A DNA stretch of 64,000 nt. Origin: Polyangiaceae bacterium. Its GTDB lineage: Bacteria; Myxococcota_A; Polyangia; Polyangiales; Polyangiaceae. Made by a program: the position numbers and the translations under genes. The stretch spans positions 228,740 through 292,739 of the forward strand of contig JBNKBE010000005.1 of assembly GCA_050287085.1 (NCBI GenBank), given 5' to 3'. This document shows positions 21,277 through 30,371 of this stretch, one piece after another. Positions within the stretch are counted from its first letter, which is position 1. Every line of letters starts with the position of its first letter. The notes under the pieces were generated by a model. It made no database searches. It had not been told where the DNA came from and worked only from the letters and a program-made list of their open reading frames with translations.

Positions 21277-21956
21277 GCCGGGACGCAGACGCTGAGTATG
21301 TCCGGGATACGCTCGGCGACCTGTATGGTGTGACGCTGAGACGAATTCCGGAGTCCAAAAAGGAAGAGGGGAAGTCTGCTGACCTGGAGCTCCTGGTCAG
21401 CGACCAGCGCACTGCTGTATTGGATGTATTGGAGGTGAAGACCATCGAAGAGACGCCCCGCACTGAGGAGAACGGTTTCCGCAAGGATGGCATCTGGACA
21501 GTGCGTACCGACAACTCCCCCAAACGCGTAGGAACGCTGATTCACAAGGCGTGGAAGCAGCTATCCACCTACCCCGAAGAGCTGCCCAGAGTGCTGGTGC
21601 TCGTAAACGATGAGGGTGGCGCTGACGTTCAGGACTTGGAGGAGGCGTTCCAAGGCTTTCTCGACTACGGCGGCGACGAGGGGGCAACCATGCGCAACGT
21701 GGCGTCACGGAAGATCGCCGCCGGGCGCATCCGCGATGAGAAGTGGCGCATCGACCTCTACATCTGGATAGACCGCCACTACGGCACTGGAACCACCGTG
21801 CAGGTCTTCCCCACGGGCGGCACCCCAAAGCTTGAGCGGCGCACGTTGGGCCCCTACTTTCGCTGCACTAGCGAACGAGGCAACGAACTCATGCGCGCTC
21901 ACTTTCACGCGGAAGGGGCGACGACACCAACCGAGGTCCGAGGAGTGGGGCTGTGA
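21273..21956 (+). CDS. Hypothetical protein with PD-(D/E)XK-like motif
   Basis: RIPES...KSADLEL...VLEVKT; ATGA-coupled to hsdS. Confidence 0.65.
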   Translation: MSRDADAEYVRDTLGDLYGVTLRRIPESKKEEGKSADLELLVSDQRTAVLDVLEVKTIEETPRTEENGFRKDGIWTVRTDNSPKRVGTLIHKAWKQLSTYPEELPRVLVLVNDEGGADVQDLEEAFQGFLDYGGDEGATMRNVASRKIAAGRIRDEKWRIDLYIWIDRHYGTGTTVQVFPTGGTPKLERRTLGPYFRCTSERGNELMRAHFHAEGATTPTEVRGVGL

Positions 21957-21980
21957 CCTTGCAGTTAGGGGGAGCGGGCC

Positions 21981-23390
21981 ATGGCCACTAGCGTTGATGA
22001 CATCAACCGCTGGCTTGCTGCTCCGTCGGAACACGAGCGACTCGAGTTCAAAGAAGCCAAGCAGCAGTACAACAACGAGAAGTTGTTCAAGTACTGCGTC
22101 GCCCTCGCGAACGAAGGCGGCGGGCTTTTCGTGCTGGGCGTCAGCGACGCTAAGCCCCGCAAGGTGGTCGGGACGAACGCGTTCAACAACCCGGTGGAGA
22201 TGGCGGCAAAGGTCTACCGAACACTGAAGTTCCGGGTGGAGATGGAAGAAGTGGAGCATCCGGACGGGCGGGTCCTGATCTTTCATGTGCCATCCAGACC
22301 GCGGGGCGTCGCTCGCGAATATCAGGGGGCCTACTGGATGCGGATTGGGGAAGAGCTCACTCCGATGAGTCCTGAGCAGCTCCGCGGCATCTTCACCGAG
22401 GATGAAGAGCCTTGGTTGGACACCGCTGCGGTTGAGGGGGCAAGCGCACAAGATGTTGTTCAGTTGCTGGACACACAGACCTTCTTCGATCTGCTGGGGC
22501 TTCCCTATCCCACCGAGCGGAGCGGAGTTCTGGCGAAACTCAAGGCAGAACGGTTGATCGACGAGCAATCCGGCGGGTTCGTCATCAGCAAGTTGGCGGC
22601 CGTGCTACTTGCGAAGAATCTCCGCAACTTTGACCGGGTGTACCGCAAGGCGCCTCGGGTGGTGGTCTACAACGGGAACAACAAGTTGGAGACCACGTCG
22701 GATACAACCGGCGGCAAGGGCTACGCCGTCGGCTTTCAGGGATTGGTGGAGCACGTGATGGGGCACCTGCCGCAAAACGAAGTGATCTCGGACGCGCTTC
22801 GCCGGGAGACCAAGCTGCTGCCCGATGTGGTCATCCGTGAGCTCCTAGCCAACGCGCTCATTCACCAGGACTTCACCATCTCTGGCGCCTCGCCCATGGT
22901 GGAGATCTACGCGGACAGGGTCGAGATCTCCAACCCGGGTGAACCCATCGTACCGCTGGAGCGTCTGATCGATGCGTATCGGTCGCGCAACGAGCGACTC
23001 GCCGACTTGATGCGTCGGTTTGGCATCTGTGAAGAGAAAGGCAGCGGCATCGACAGGACTGTCAAAGCGGCGGAAGTTCATCAGCTCCCACCCCCCGACT
23101 TCCAGTTGGGAGTCAAGCGTACCCATGTTGTCGTCTTCGGCCCCAAGCCGTTCAAGCGGATGGAGAGAGGTGAACGTATCCGCGCCTGCTACCAGCACTG
23201 TGCACTGCAGTACGTGCTCAAAGGGCAGATGACCAATCAGACGTTGCGGGAGCGGTTCAAGTTGTCTGACGGCAGCGCGGCCACGGTTTCCCAGATCATC
23301 ACGGCTACCATCGACGCTGGTCTCATCAAGCCCGACCCGGACGCTCCACCCGGGCGGAGGTTCTCCCGATACTTGCCCGCTTGGGCGTGA
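21981..23390 (+). CDS. Schlafen/AlbA_2 + HATPase_c_4 + winged-helix protein
   Basis: EHERLEFKEA, VALANEGGGLFVLGVSD, IRELLANALIHQDF, VEISNPG, SRNERLADLM, EEKGSGI. Confidence 0.88.
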   Translation: MATSVDDINRWLAAPSEHERLEFKEAKQQYNNEKLFKYCVALANEGGGLFVLGVSDAKPRKVVGTNAFNNPVEMAAKVYRTLKFRVEMEEVEHPDGRVLIFHVPSRPRGVAREYQGAYWMRIGEELTPMSPEQLRGIFTEDEEPWLDTAAVEGASAQDVVQLLDTQTFFDLLGLPYPTERSGVLAKLKAERLIDEQSGGFVISKLAAVLLAKNLRNFDRVYRKAPRVVVYNGNNKLETTSDTTGGKGYAVGFQGLVEHVMGHLPQNEVISDALRRETKLLPDVVIRELLANALIHQDFTISGASPMVEIYADRVEISNPGEPIVPLERLIDAYRSRNERLADLMRRFGICEEKGSGIDRTVKAAEVHQLPPPDFQLGVKRTHVVVFGPKPFKRMERGERIRACYQHCALQYVLKGQMTNQTLRERFKLSDGSAATVSQIITATIDAGLIKPDPDAPPGRRFSRYLPAWA

Positions 23391-23654
23391 CTTGCTTTTT
23401 CATACTGGCGCCCGTGAACACCGAAGGAACGCACAACCGTTTGAAATAAAAGAAGATTCTCTTTTTATCGCAAACCGCACTTTGGTGCCCCCCAGGGGCC
23501 CCGCGCCGGCCGAGCCACCTCTCGACCACACCCCCAGCCTTTTTCACCCACTCCTCTCCAGGTCGCCGTAGGCGACACAAATGACCAAAAAGACAGAGCT
23601 TTTTCTTATTTCCGCAAACCGCAGTTACTGAAGTCCACCGCCGAGAGATCACCC

Positions 23655-26600
23655 ATGACCGCTGACGCCAAGGAACGCGCCTTTCAGGACGACATCATCC
23701 GCGAGATGGTCGAGCGCGGCTGGGTGCTCGGCGAGACCGCCAAGTACGACCGGGAGCGGGCGCTCTACACGGAGGACTGCCTGGCCTTCGTCAAGAACAC
23801 GCAGCCCAAGACCTGGGAGAAGTACCAGAAGCTCAACCCGAATGAGCCCGAGAAGGCGTTCATCGCGCGCGTCGCTACCCAGCTGGGCAAGGTAGATCCG
23901 AACGCCACGAGCAAAGAGCTCCGCAAGTACGGCACGCTCGGTGTACTTCGCCATGAGGTGCGCGATAAGTCCGCGTCCTTCAAGCTCTGCCAATTCAAAC
24001 CCGAGCACGGTCTCAACCCGGAAACCCAGGCCATGTACCAGGGCAACATCCTGCGCGTGGTGCCGGAGCTGGTCTACAGCCCGTACGCCAACGACGCGCA
24101 TCTCGCGGAAACGGGCGCCAAAGCAAAAGCTTGGCGCATCGACCTGGTGCTCTTCCTGAACGGCCTTCCCATCGCCACCTTGGAGCTCAAGAGCGAGTTC
24201 AAGCAGGCGGTTCATAGTGCTATTCACCAGTACAAGAAGACGCGCCTGCCGAAAGACATAGGCACGAACAAGCCCGAGCCGCTGCTTTCTTTCAAGCGCG
24301 GCGCCCTCGTACACTTCGCCGTGAGCCAATACGAGGCGTACATGACCACGCGGCTTGCCGGCGATGAGACGCGGTTCCTGCCGTTCAACCGCGGGACGAA
24401 GGACGGCGCCGCCGGGAACGACCAGCCGGGTAACATCCACCGCTACGCCACGGACTACCTGTGGCGCGACGTGCTCGCCCCCGCAAACATCCTCGACATC
24501 ATCGGGCGCTTCATCCACCTGGAGATCAAGGAGAAGGAAGACTGGGACGGTCGCAAGTACAAGACCGAGGCGCTCATCTTCCCTCGCTACCACCAGTGGG
24601 ACCTGGTCAAGCAGCTCATCGACACCACGCGCGCCGAAGGCCCTGGCCACAAGTACCTGGCCCAGCACAGCGCCGGCTCCGGCAAGTCGAACTCCATCGC
24701 CTGGACGGCGCACCAACTCGCCTCGCTCTACGGCAACGCGGGGAGCAAGGTCTTCGACTCCGTCATCGTGGTGACGGACCGCAACGTGCTCGACTCCCAG
24801 CTCCAAGACACCATCTACCAGTTCGAGCACGCTGACGGCGTGGTGGGCCGCATCAACAAGGATGAAGGCCAGGGCAGCAAGAGCGAGAAGCTGGCCAAGG
24901 CGCTGGAGGACAGCACGCCCATTGTCATCGTGACCATCCAGACCTTCCCGCACGTGCTCTCCGCCATCGAGAGCAGCATGACCTTGAAAGAGCGCTGCTA
25001 CGCCATCATCGCGGATGAAGCGCACTCCTCCCAGTCGGGCTCCACCGCCCGCAAGCTGAAGGAAGTGCTGACCACGGAAGCTAGCGAAGAAGAAGACCTC
25101 GCCATCAGCACGGAGGACATGCTCGCCGCCGCGGTGGACTCCCGGCGCGCCTCGAACAACCTGAGCTACTACGCCTTCACCGCGACCCCGAAGTCGAAGA
25201 CGCTCGAGCTGTTCGGGCGCCCGCCGAATCCGGACGAGCCTGTGTCAGCAACGAATAAGCCCCGGCCCTTCCACATCTACAGCATGCGCCAGGCCATCGA
25301 GGAGAAGTACATCCTCGACGTGCTCAAGAACTACACGAGCTATAAGGTGGCGTACCAGCTCGCCCAAAAGGCCGCAGCGGCCGATGAAGAAGTGGACGCC
25401 AAGCGCGCCAAGGTGAAGCTGGGCCAGTGGGTGCGCCTGCACGAGTACAACATCGCGCAGAAGGTGCAGGTCATCGTCGAGCACTTCCGCGACAATGTCG
25501 CCGGGCTGCTCGGCGGGCACGCCAAGGCGATGATCGTCACCGGCTCCCGCAAAGAGGCGGTGCGCTACAAGCTCGGCTTCGACAAGTATGTTGCCAAGAA
25601 GGCGTACACCGGGCTCAACGCCATGGTGGCCTTTTCCGGTGAGGTCGAGTTCACGGAGAAGGACCCTCAGTCGGAGGGACTCTTGGGGGAGAAGTTCACC
25701 GAAACCAGCATGAACCCGGACCTCAAGGGGCGGGACATGCGCAAGGCGTTCGACACCGAGGACTACACGGTCATGATTGTGGCCCAGAAGTTCCAGACCG
25801 GTTTTGACCAGCCCAAGCTCTGCGCGATGTACGTGGACAAGAAGCTCGGGGGCATCGAGTGCGTGCAAACGCTGTCCCGCCTGAACCGCGTCTACCCCGG
25901 CAAGCTGGAGACGGGCACCTTCGTGCTCGACTTCGTCAACGACCCCGAGGAGATCCTGACGGCTTTCCAGGACTACTTCCAAACGGCGGAGCTGACCAAC
26001 GTTTCCGACCCCAACCTGCTCTGGGAGCGGTACGACAAGCTGCGGGACTCCGGCATCTTCCTGTGGTCGGAAGTGACGCTGTTCTCCGACGTCTTCTTCA
26101 CCAAGAGCAAGAGCCAGGCCGCCATCAGCAACGTCTGCAAGCCCGCTGTGGACCGCTGGCAGTGCCGCTACGAGCAGGCCCACAAAGACCACGTCAAAGC
26201 CAAGGACCTGTTTACGCGAGCCATGAAGTCCGGGGACGCGGTGCTCTTCGCCAACGCCGAGGGCGAGATGAAGGAGGCCAAGACCGAGCTCGACGCCCTG
26301 GGCACGCTCAAGGGCGACTTGGTGACCTTCACCCGCCAGTACGAGTTCCTGTCTCAGATCGTCGACTACGACAGTCCGGATCTCGAGAAGCTAAGCCTCT
26401 TCGCCCGCCACCTGGCGCCCCTGCTACGCGAGAAGACGCCCGAGCAGGACCCCATCGACCTCAGCTCCGTGGAGCTCAGCCACTACCGCTTGGCAAAGCT
26501 TCGCCAGCAAGACCTGCTGCTCGTGCAGGACACCACCAGCGGCTTGGACCCGGCGTCCGCCTACGGCACCCGCAAAGCGAGGGACAAGAGGGAAGAGTGG

Positions 26601-26948
26601 CTCTCCCAGATCATCTCCCGGCTAAACGAGCTGTTCGTCACCGACGGGCTCAGTGAAAAAGACCTGGTCAACTACGCCTACCCCCTGCGCGACAAGATCA
26701 GCGAAAACGACGCCGTGATGAAGCAGATTGAGAACAACTCCCCCGCGCAAGCTTTGCTCGGGGACTTCGCCTCCGCCCTGGACGACGCGGTGCTCGAAAG
26801 CAGCGAAGCCCACCAGAACCTGATGAACCAGGTGCTGACGAACAAGGAGACCGCCGCGGGGCTCAGCCGCGTCGTGTTCGACATGCTACTCGCGATGAAG
26901 AAGGGGCTCGGGACGGAGCGGCACTCGTCGGTTCCGCCGTCGAGGTGA
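23655..26948 (+). CDS. hsdR: Type I R-M restriction subunit HsdR (system 1)
   Basis: IDLVLFLNGLPIATLELKS nuclease motif, QHSAGSGKS, DEAH, FTATPK, FQTGFDQP, QTLSRLNR. Confidence 0.96.
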   Translation: MTADAKERAFQDDIIREMVERGWVLGETAKYDRERALYTEDCLAFVKNTQPKTWEKYQKLNPNEPEKAFIARVATQLGKVDPNATSKELRKYGTLGVLRHEVRDKSASFKLCQFKPEHGLNPETQAMYQGNILRVVPELVYSPYANDAHLAETGAKAKAWRIDLVLFLNGLPIATLELKSEFKQAVHSAIHQYKKTRLPKDIGTNKPEPLLSFKRGALVHFAVSQYEAYMTTRLAGDETRFLPFNRGTKDGAAGNDQPGNIHRYATDYLWRDVLAPANILDIIGRFIHLEIKEKEDWDGRKYKTEALIFPRYHQWDLVKQLIDTTRAEGPGHKYLAQHSAGSGKSNSIAWTAHQLASLYGNAGSKVFDSVIVVTDRNVLDSQLQDTIYQFEHADGVVGRINKDEGQGSKSEKLAKALEDSTPIVIVTIQTFPHVLSAIESSMTLKERCYAIIADEAHSSQSGSTARKLKEVLTTEASEEEDLAISTEDMLAAAVDSRRASNNLSYYAFTATPKSKTLELFGRPPNPDEPVSATNKPRPFHIYSMRQAIEEKYILDVLKNYTSYKVAYQLAQKAAAADEEVDAKRAKVKLGQWVRLHEYNIAQKVQVIVEHFRDNVAGLLGGHAKAMIVTGSRKEAVRYKLGFDKYVAKKAYTGLNAMVAFSGEVEFTEKDPQSEGLLGEKFTETSMNPDLKGRDMRKAFDTEDYTVMIVAQKFQTGFDQPKLCAMYVDKKLGGIECVQTLSRLNRVYPGKLETGTFVLDFVNDPEEILTAFQDYFQTAELTNVSDPNLLWERYDKLRDSGIFLWSEVTLFSDVFFTKSKSQAAISNVCKPAVDRWQCRYEQAHKDHVKAKDLFTRAMKSGDAVLFANAEGEMKEAKTELDALGTLKGDLVTFTRQYEFLSQIVDYDSPDLEKLSLFARHLAPLLREKTPEQDPIDLSSVELSHYRLAKLRQQDLLLVQDTTSGLDPASAYGTRKARDKREEWLSQIISRLNELFVTDGLSEKDLVNYAYPLRDKISENDAVMKQIENNSPAQALLGDFASALDDAVLESSEAHQNLMNQVLTNKETAAGLSRVVFDMLLAMKKGLGTERHSSVPPSR

Positions 26949-26951
26949 ACT

Positions 26952-28316
26952 ATGTACTCTAATGTTCTCTCGGACCTCGACGAGCTTGTCCTCCGGTGTC
27001 GGGACGGCAAGGCCCGATCCTACTTGACGGAAGCTGTCACATGCCTAAAGGCCGGTGCCTGCCGAGCCGCTATCGTCGTGACCTGGGTGGCGGTGGTCCA
27101 TGACTTGCTCTCGAAGCTCGAAGAGCTCGCGCTCGGAGGCGACAACAATGCACAACAGAAGGTCGAAGCGTTTCACCGCATCGTTGAGCAGAACGACTTG
27201 CCAGCAAGCCTCGAATTCGAGCGGAATATCCTTGAGGTGGCGCGCGACGAGTTCGAGCTGTTCAGTTCCCTGACTTATGTGGACCTGGCGCGCTTGCGAG
27301 ACGACCGAAACCGATGCGCGCATCCATCAATGCTCAACCCTGACACGGACTACAGGCCCGCGCCGGAACTCGCGCGGACTCATGTCGTGAATGCAGTCAC
27401 GCACCTGCTTGAGCACGGTCCCGCGCAAGGAAAGGCTGCGCTGGAGCGGCTGCTGTCAGAGCTGGATAGAACCCTGTTCCCTGAAACCGTAGAGCAGATG
27501 GCGGCTCACCTTCAACATGGGCCGCTTGGAAGGCCGCGAAAAAGCCTCGTGAGGAACTACACGGTTGTTCTCCTCAAGCGCTACTTCGCAAAGCCACCCG
27601 AGGAACCGGACGATCCGATGGGGAAGCTCCGAGCGCAGAATGAGCGACGGACTGCTGAAATCCGAATACTGCGTGCGCTGCAGGGGGTTCTTATGGTTCA
27701 GCGCGAGCTAACGCTCGCTGCCCTGGGCGAGAAGTTGTCGGAGCTGGTCACCGCTGCTCCAGAGGCGCGACTGAGCTCCGTTGTCGGCTTCTTCGCTTCA
27801 ATTCCAGAGAGTTGGTCGTTGCTTCCGCAGCCACAGGTAGACAGGCTCAACGCCTACGTGCGGTCGATGCCTCCGTCGGTGCTCGACCCAACGCTCCGCT
27901 CCGCCTGGCTGCTGCCAGGGCTCACCAAGAGCGCTTCGCAGCGCCTGAATAGGCTAGACTCCAAGGAGTGGCGCATCGTTGCTGGAACGCCAGGAGCGCC
28001 AGCCGAATGGTTCGATGTGGCGTGGCAGACGTTGCTGTCGGCCACCTCTTGGTCCGAGGCAAACCGCACAAAGGCGTTTGTCGTTCGGCACGCCAACAGG
28101 ATTACTGAGGCGCATGTTACGGCGCTCATCAGCGCCGCCCAAACCAACGAGGAGCTGCAAACCAGCTACGGCGCCAAGGATACGTTTGGCGCAGTGGCCC
28201 AGCCTGGGAACCTGGGGTTCCCACGGCTGCGGGAGTTGCTCAGCACTGCTGGCATCGAGAGTGCCTATTCGGACCAGCACTGGTGGGTAACGAGTGACAA
28301 CGCGGGGCCCTCGTGA
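26952..28316 (+). CDS. Hypothetical protein with N-terminal HEPN-like domain
   Basis: EAVTCLKAGACRAAIVVTW helix and RNRCAH (RxxxxH); starts 3 bp after hsdR with a GAGGTG Shine-Dalgarno. Confidence 0.75.
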   Translation: MYSNVLSDLDELVLRCRDGKARSYLTEAVTCLKAGACRAAIVVTWVAVVHDLLSKLEELALGGDNNAQQKVEAFHRIVEQNDLPASLEFERNILEVARDEFELFSSLTYVDLARLRDDRNRCAHPSMLNPDTDYRPAPELARTHVVNAVTHLLEHGPAQGKAALERLLSELDRTLFPETVEQMAAHLQHGPLGRPRKSLVRNYTVVLLKRYFAKPPEEPDDPMGKLRAQNERRTAEIRILRALQGVLMVQRELTLAALGEKLSELVTAAPEARLSSVVGFFASIPESWSLLPQPQVDRLNAYVRSMPPSVLDPTLRSAWLLPGLTKSASQRLNRLDSKEWRIVAGTPGAPAEWFDVAWQTLLSATSWSEANRTKAFVVRHANRITEAHVTALISAAQTNEELQTSYGAKDTFGAVAQPGNLGFPRLRELLSTAGIESAYSDQHWWVTSDNAGPS

Positions 28317-28405
28317 GCAACGTCGCGGAGCCTCCCCCCACCGCGACGGCTCCTCGTACAACTCCGTGCGGCCGGAGTTTGCCTCCTGCCCCACAGCTCC
28401 AGTGC

Positions 28406-28753
28406 TCAACTACCGCCGACGAGGAAGCGGGCGACTTCAAGCCGGGTCTGCGGTCCCTCTTCGTCCCGGCTGGAGCAGCGCACCAACGCATTCAAGGCAG
28501 TCACGGCGACGTGCGCACCGTCAAGATCACCCGCAGCCACACACCGCACGACCGTCTCCGCCAACGCCCTCACGGCTTCCACCCGTGGCGGCGCGTCCCC
28601 GGCGAACAACATCACCGGCTCGACGCCGTCGCTCAACACAGATTCCTGGCCCACCCCCGCCCTTTCGGATGGGCCTTCCTGCATCTCGGTGCTCGTTCCC
28701 GCACCTTCGTGCACGTGATTCCCGCTACTTGCGCCTTCCTGCACGTTCGTTTG
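28406..28753 (-). other. Detached 3' end of the integrase gene (115 codons, in frame with the att core)
   Basis: ORF 28807-28406 begins with the 18 core codons VRERGLEPPRISTPEPKS found in int and stays open for 115 more codons. Confidence 0.8.
28671..28750. repeat. Eight phased degenerate 10-bp repeats next to attR (putative RDF/Xis sites)
   Basis: GGGCCTTCCT GCATCTCGGT GCTCGTTCCC GCACCTTCGT GCACGTGATT CCCGCTACTT GCGCCTTCCT GCACGTTCGT. Confidence 0.55.
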
Positions 28754-28807
28754 GGATTTAGGTTCCGGCGTAGAGATACGTGGAGGTTCGAGTCCTCTCT
28801 CGCGCAC
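28754..28807 (+). repeat. attR core (54 bp)
   Basis: Identical to 11246-11299; lacks the tRNA 5' acceptor strand and D arm. Confidence 0.95.
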
Positions 28808-28836
28808 GAAAAGCCTGGCCCCGGCCAGGCTTTCTT
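28808..28836 (+). terminator. Intrinsic terminator after the displaced tRNA 3' end
   Basis: AAAGCCTGGC-CCCG-GCCAGGCTTT followed by CTT. Confidence 0.65.
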
Positions 28837-28890
28837 GCGTGAGAGCGTCTCAGGGGAACCGCGCGCCGCTTCGCGCCTTGCTTGTTCGCA

Positions 28891-28909
28891 CGAGTCCTCT
28901 CTCGCGCAC
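28891..28909 (+). repeat. Third, 19-bp copy of the tRNA-Leu 3' end (older att site)
   Basis: CGAGTCCTCTCTCGCGCAC, identical to 11281-11299 and 28789-28807. Confidence 0.85.
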
Positions 28910-29176
28910 CCCTCGGGAATGACTGAGGAAACGGAAACGTCCCCTGCCGAAGGGGACGTTGGTGATTTGGGTGGGGACGATTGCCGGGGCGTTTTGCGCG
29001 CGAGGACGGCGCGGGAGCGGTTGGTCGTGAGGCTTTGTCAGAGCCTGGCGGAGTTGATCAACGCGGGGGACGTGGAGGGAGTCACCGCGGTGCTGTCACT
29101 GCTAAGCTCTCTGCCAGACGCCACCGGTTTGTGGGCGGTTGAGCCACCCGGGTTCGTTGGACGAAAGCATGATTAA
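28910..29176 (+). other. Second orphan integrase-tail-like coding segment
   Basis: RERLVVRLCQSLAELINAGDVEGVTAVLSLLSSL aligns without gaps to RVEAVRALAETVVRCVAAGDLDGAHVAVTALNAL of the first tail. Confidence 0.55.
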
Positions 29177-29786
29177 ACTAGAGTGTTGGGGAAGGACAGA
29201 CGCCGGCGAGTTTACGGCACGCCTACGGCTCGAAAACGGTCGCGCGGCGTGGTCTACCCACGAAGCGAAACTGCTGGAATGTGACACCGACACGTACTTC
29301 GCACTTTCTTCGAAGCTAATCGGACGCAGCCCGAGGGAGTGGTCAACAACCGCACAAGACTTTGGGTTGCCGCTTGCCGTCGAAGCGGTGATTGCCTTGA
29401 CAGGTCGGGAGCAGAACCTGCTACGGGCCTCATTCCTCATCGCGTTGTGGCTCGAACCTTTGCTGCGTCGGAGTCAGGTTGAACTCGCTTCGGAACAGCT
29501 TCATGACCAACTCATCATCGACAATACGGGGCGTCCTGGGATTCAACCATACTTGTATTTCCCTGGTGCGCTCCCTGAGGAGGTCGCTCGCGCGCTCTAC
29601 GATTCGGCGCTATTGGCCAAGCTCTGCCTAACCAGTCTGGAGCAAGCAGTGACGGAGTACTTCAAGCCGCTAGTGACCCCAATCATTCGGACGGACTCAC
29701 TCCCGAGGCCAGCTCGCGAACATTGGGATTTCCTCAAGAACAAGATGCGCGAACGCTCACGCCAGCTTGTAGGAGCTCCCCGATGA
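29169..29786 (+). CDS. Hypothetical protein
   Basis: 205 aa from ATG 29169; stop overlaps the next ATG. Confidence 0.6.
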   Translation: MIKLECWGRTDAGEFTARLRLENGRAAWSTHEAKLLECDTDTYFALSSKLIGRSPREWSTTAQDFGLPLAVEAVIALTGREQNLLRASFLIALWLEPLLRRSQVELASEQLHDQLIIDNTGRPGIQPYLYFPGALPEEVARALYDSALLAKLCLTSLEQAVTEYFKPLVTPIIRTDSLPRPAREHWDFLKNKMRERSRQLVGAPR

Positions 29787-30298
29787 GCGATTGGCTGGTG
29801 AGTACCATCGTGAGCATGGTCGGGGCCGGAGCGGGTTGGGTGGCAACAGCCGTGTTTACTTGGGTGCCGCAGCAGCGAGACTTTGAGCTGGCACTGCGCC
29901 CCCACCTGCAAGGGAACCCGGCGCAACGCGACCGCGCGGCAGCGGTTGCAAAGGTCGAAGCCCAAGGGCACTACGAGCCCAACTTCTGGTGGGCACTGTG
30001 GCAGTCGTCCATGGTACCGCTAGTCGTCTACGCGATAGTCATGCTGGCAGGCACAGGGTTATCGACCGACTCGACACCCGTTGTCATTGCCCTGTTCGTC
30101 GCGTTTGCCGTCCTGCTCTTCGCCGTAGTGCACGAGTTCGTTTTTCGGGAGCGCGGTCCGAACTGGTGGAGATGGTCCGCTGTGATCGCCGCTTGGTTGT
30201 GCGCGGCCGGATTGACAGGCTGGATTCAGTACGAAAGCAACGGTGCGGCGGCCTCGAACGCCTCAATCAGCAACGCCGACGCTGAAGTCGCCAGGTAG
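29783..30298 (+). CDS. Hypothetical membrane protein (about 4 TM)
   Basis: AGGAG Shine-Dalgarno at 29771, ATGA coupling, four hydrophobic segments. Confidence 0.7.
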   Translation: MSDWLVSTIVSMVGAGAGWVATAVFTWVPQQRDFELALRPHLQGNPAQRDRAAAVAKVEAQGHYEPNFWWALWQSSMVPLVVYAIVMLAGTGLSTDSTPVVIALFVAFAVLLFAVVHEFVFRERGPNWWRWSAVIAAWLCAAGLTGWIQYESNGAAASNASISNADAEVAR

Positions 30299-30371
30299 CT
30301 CACAGCTATGGGGATGCCTGGTCTCGACAAGCGTTGAACAAGACCGACCGTAGCAGTGCGGCCTCGACTCC

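Noticed and set aside
28754..28807. Second tRNA-Leu gene
   Set aside because: Lacks the 5' acceptor strand and D arm; it is the attR duplicate
28313..29176. 287-aa plus-strand ORF as a real gene
   Set aside because: Its first two thirds are antisense to the integrase tail and cross attR and a terminator; only the part after 28909 looks protein-like
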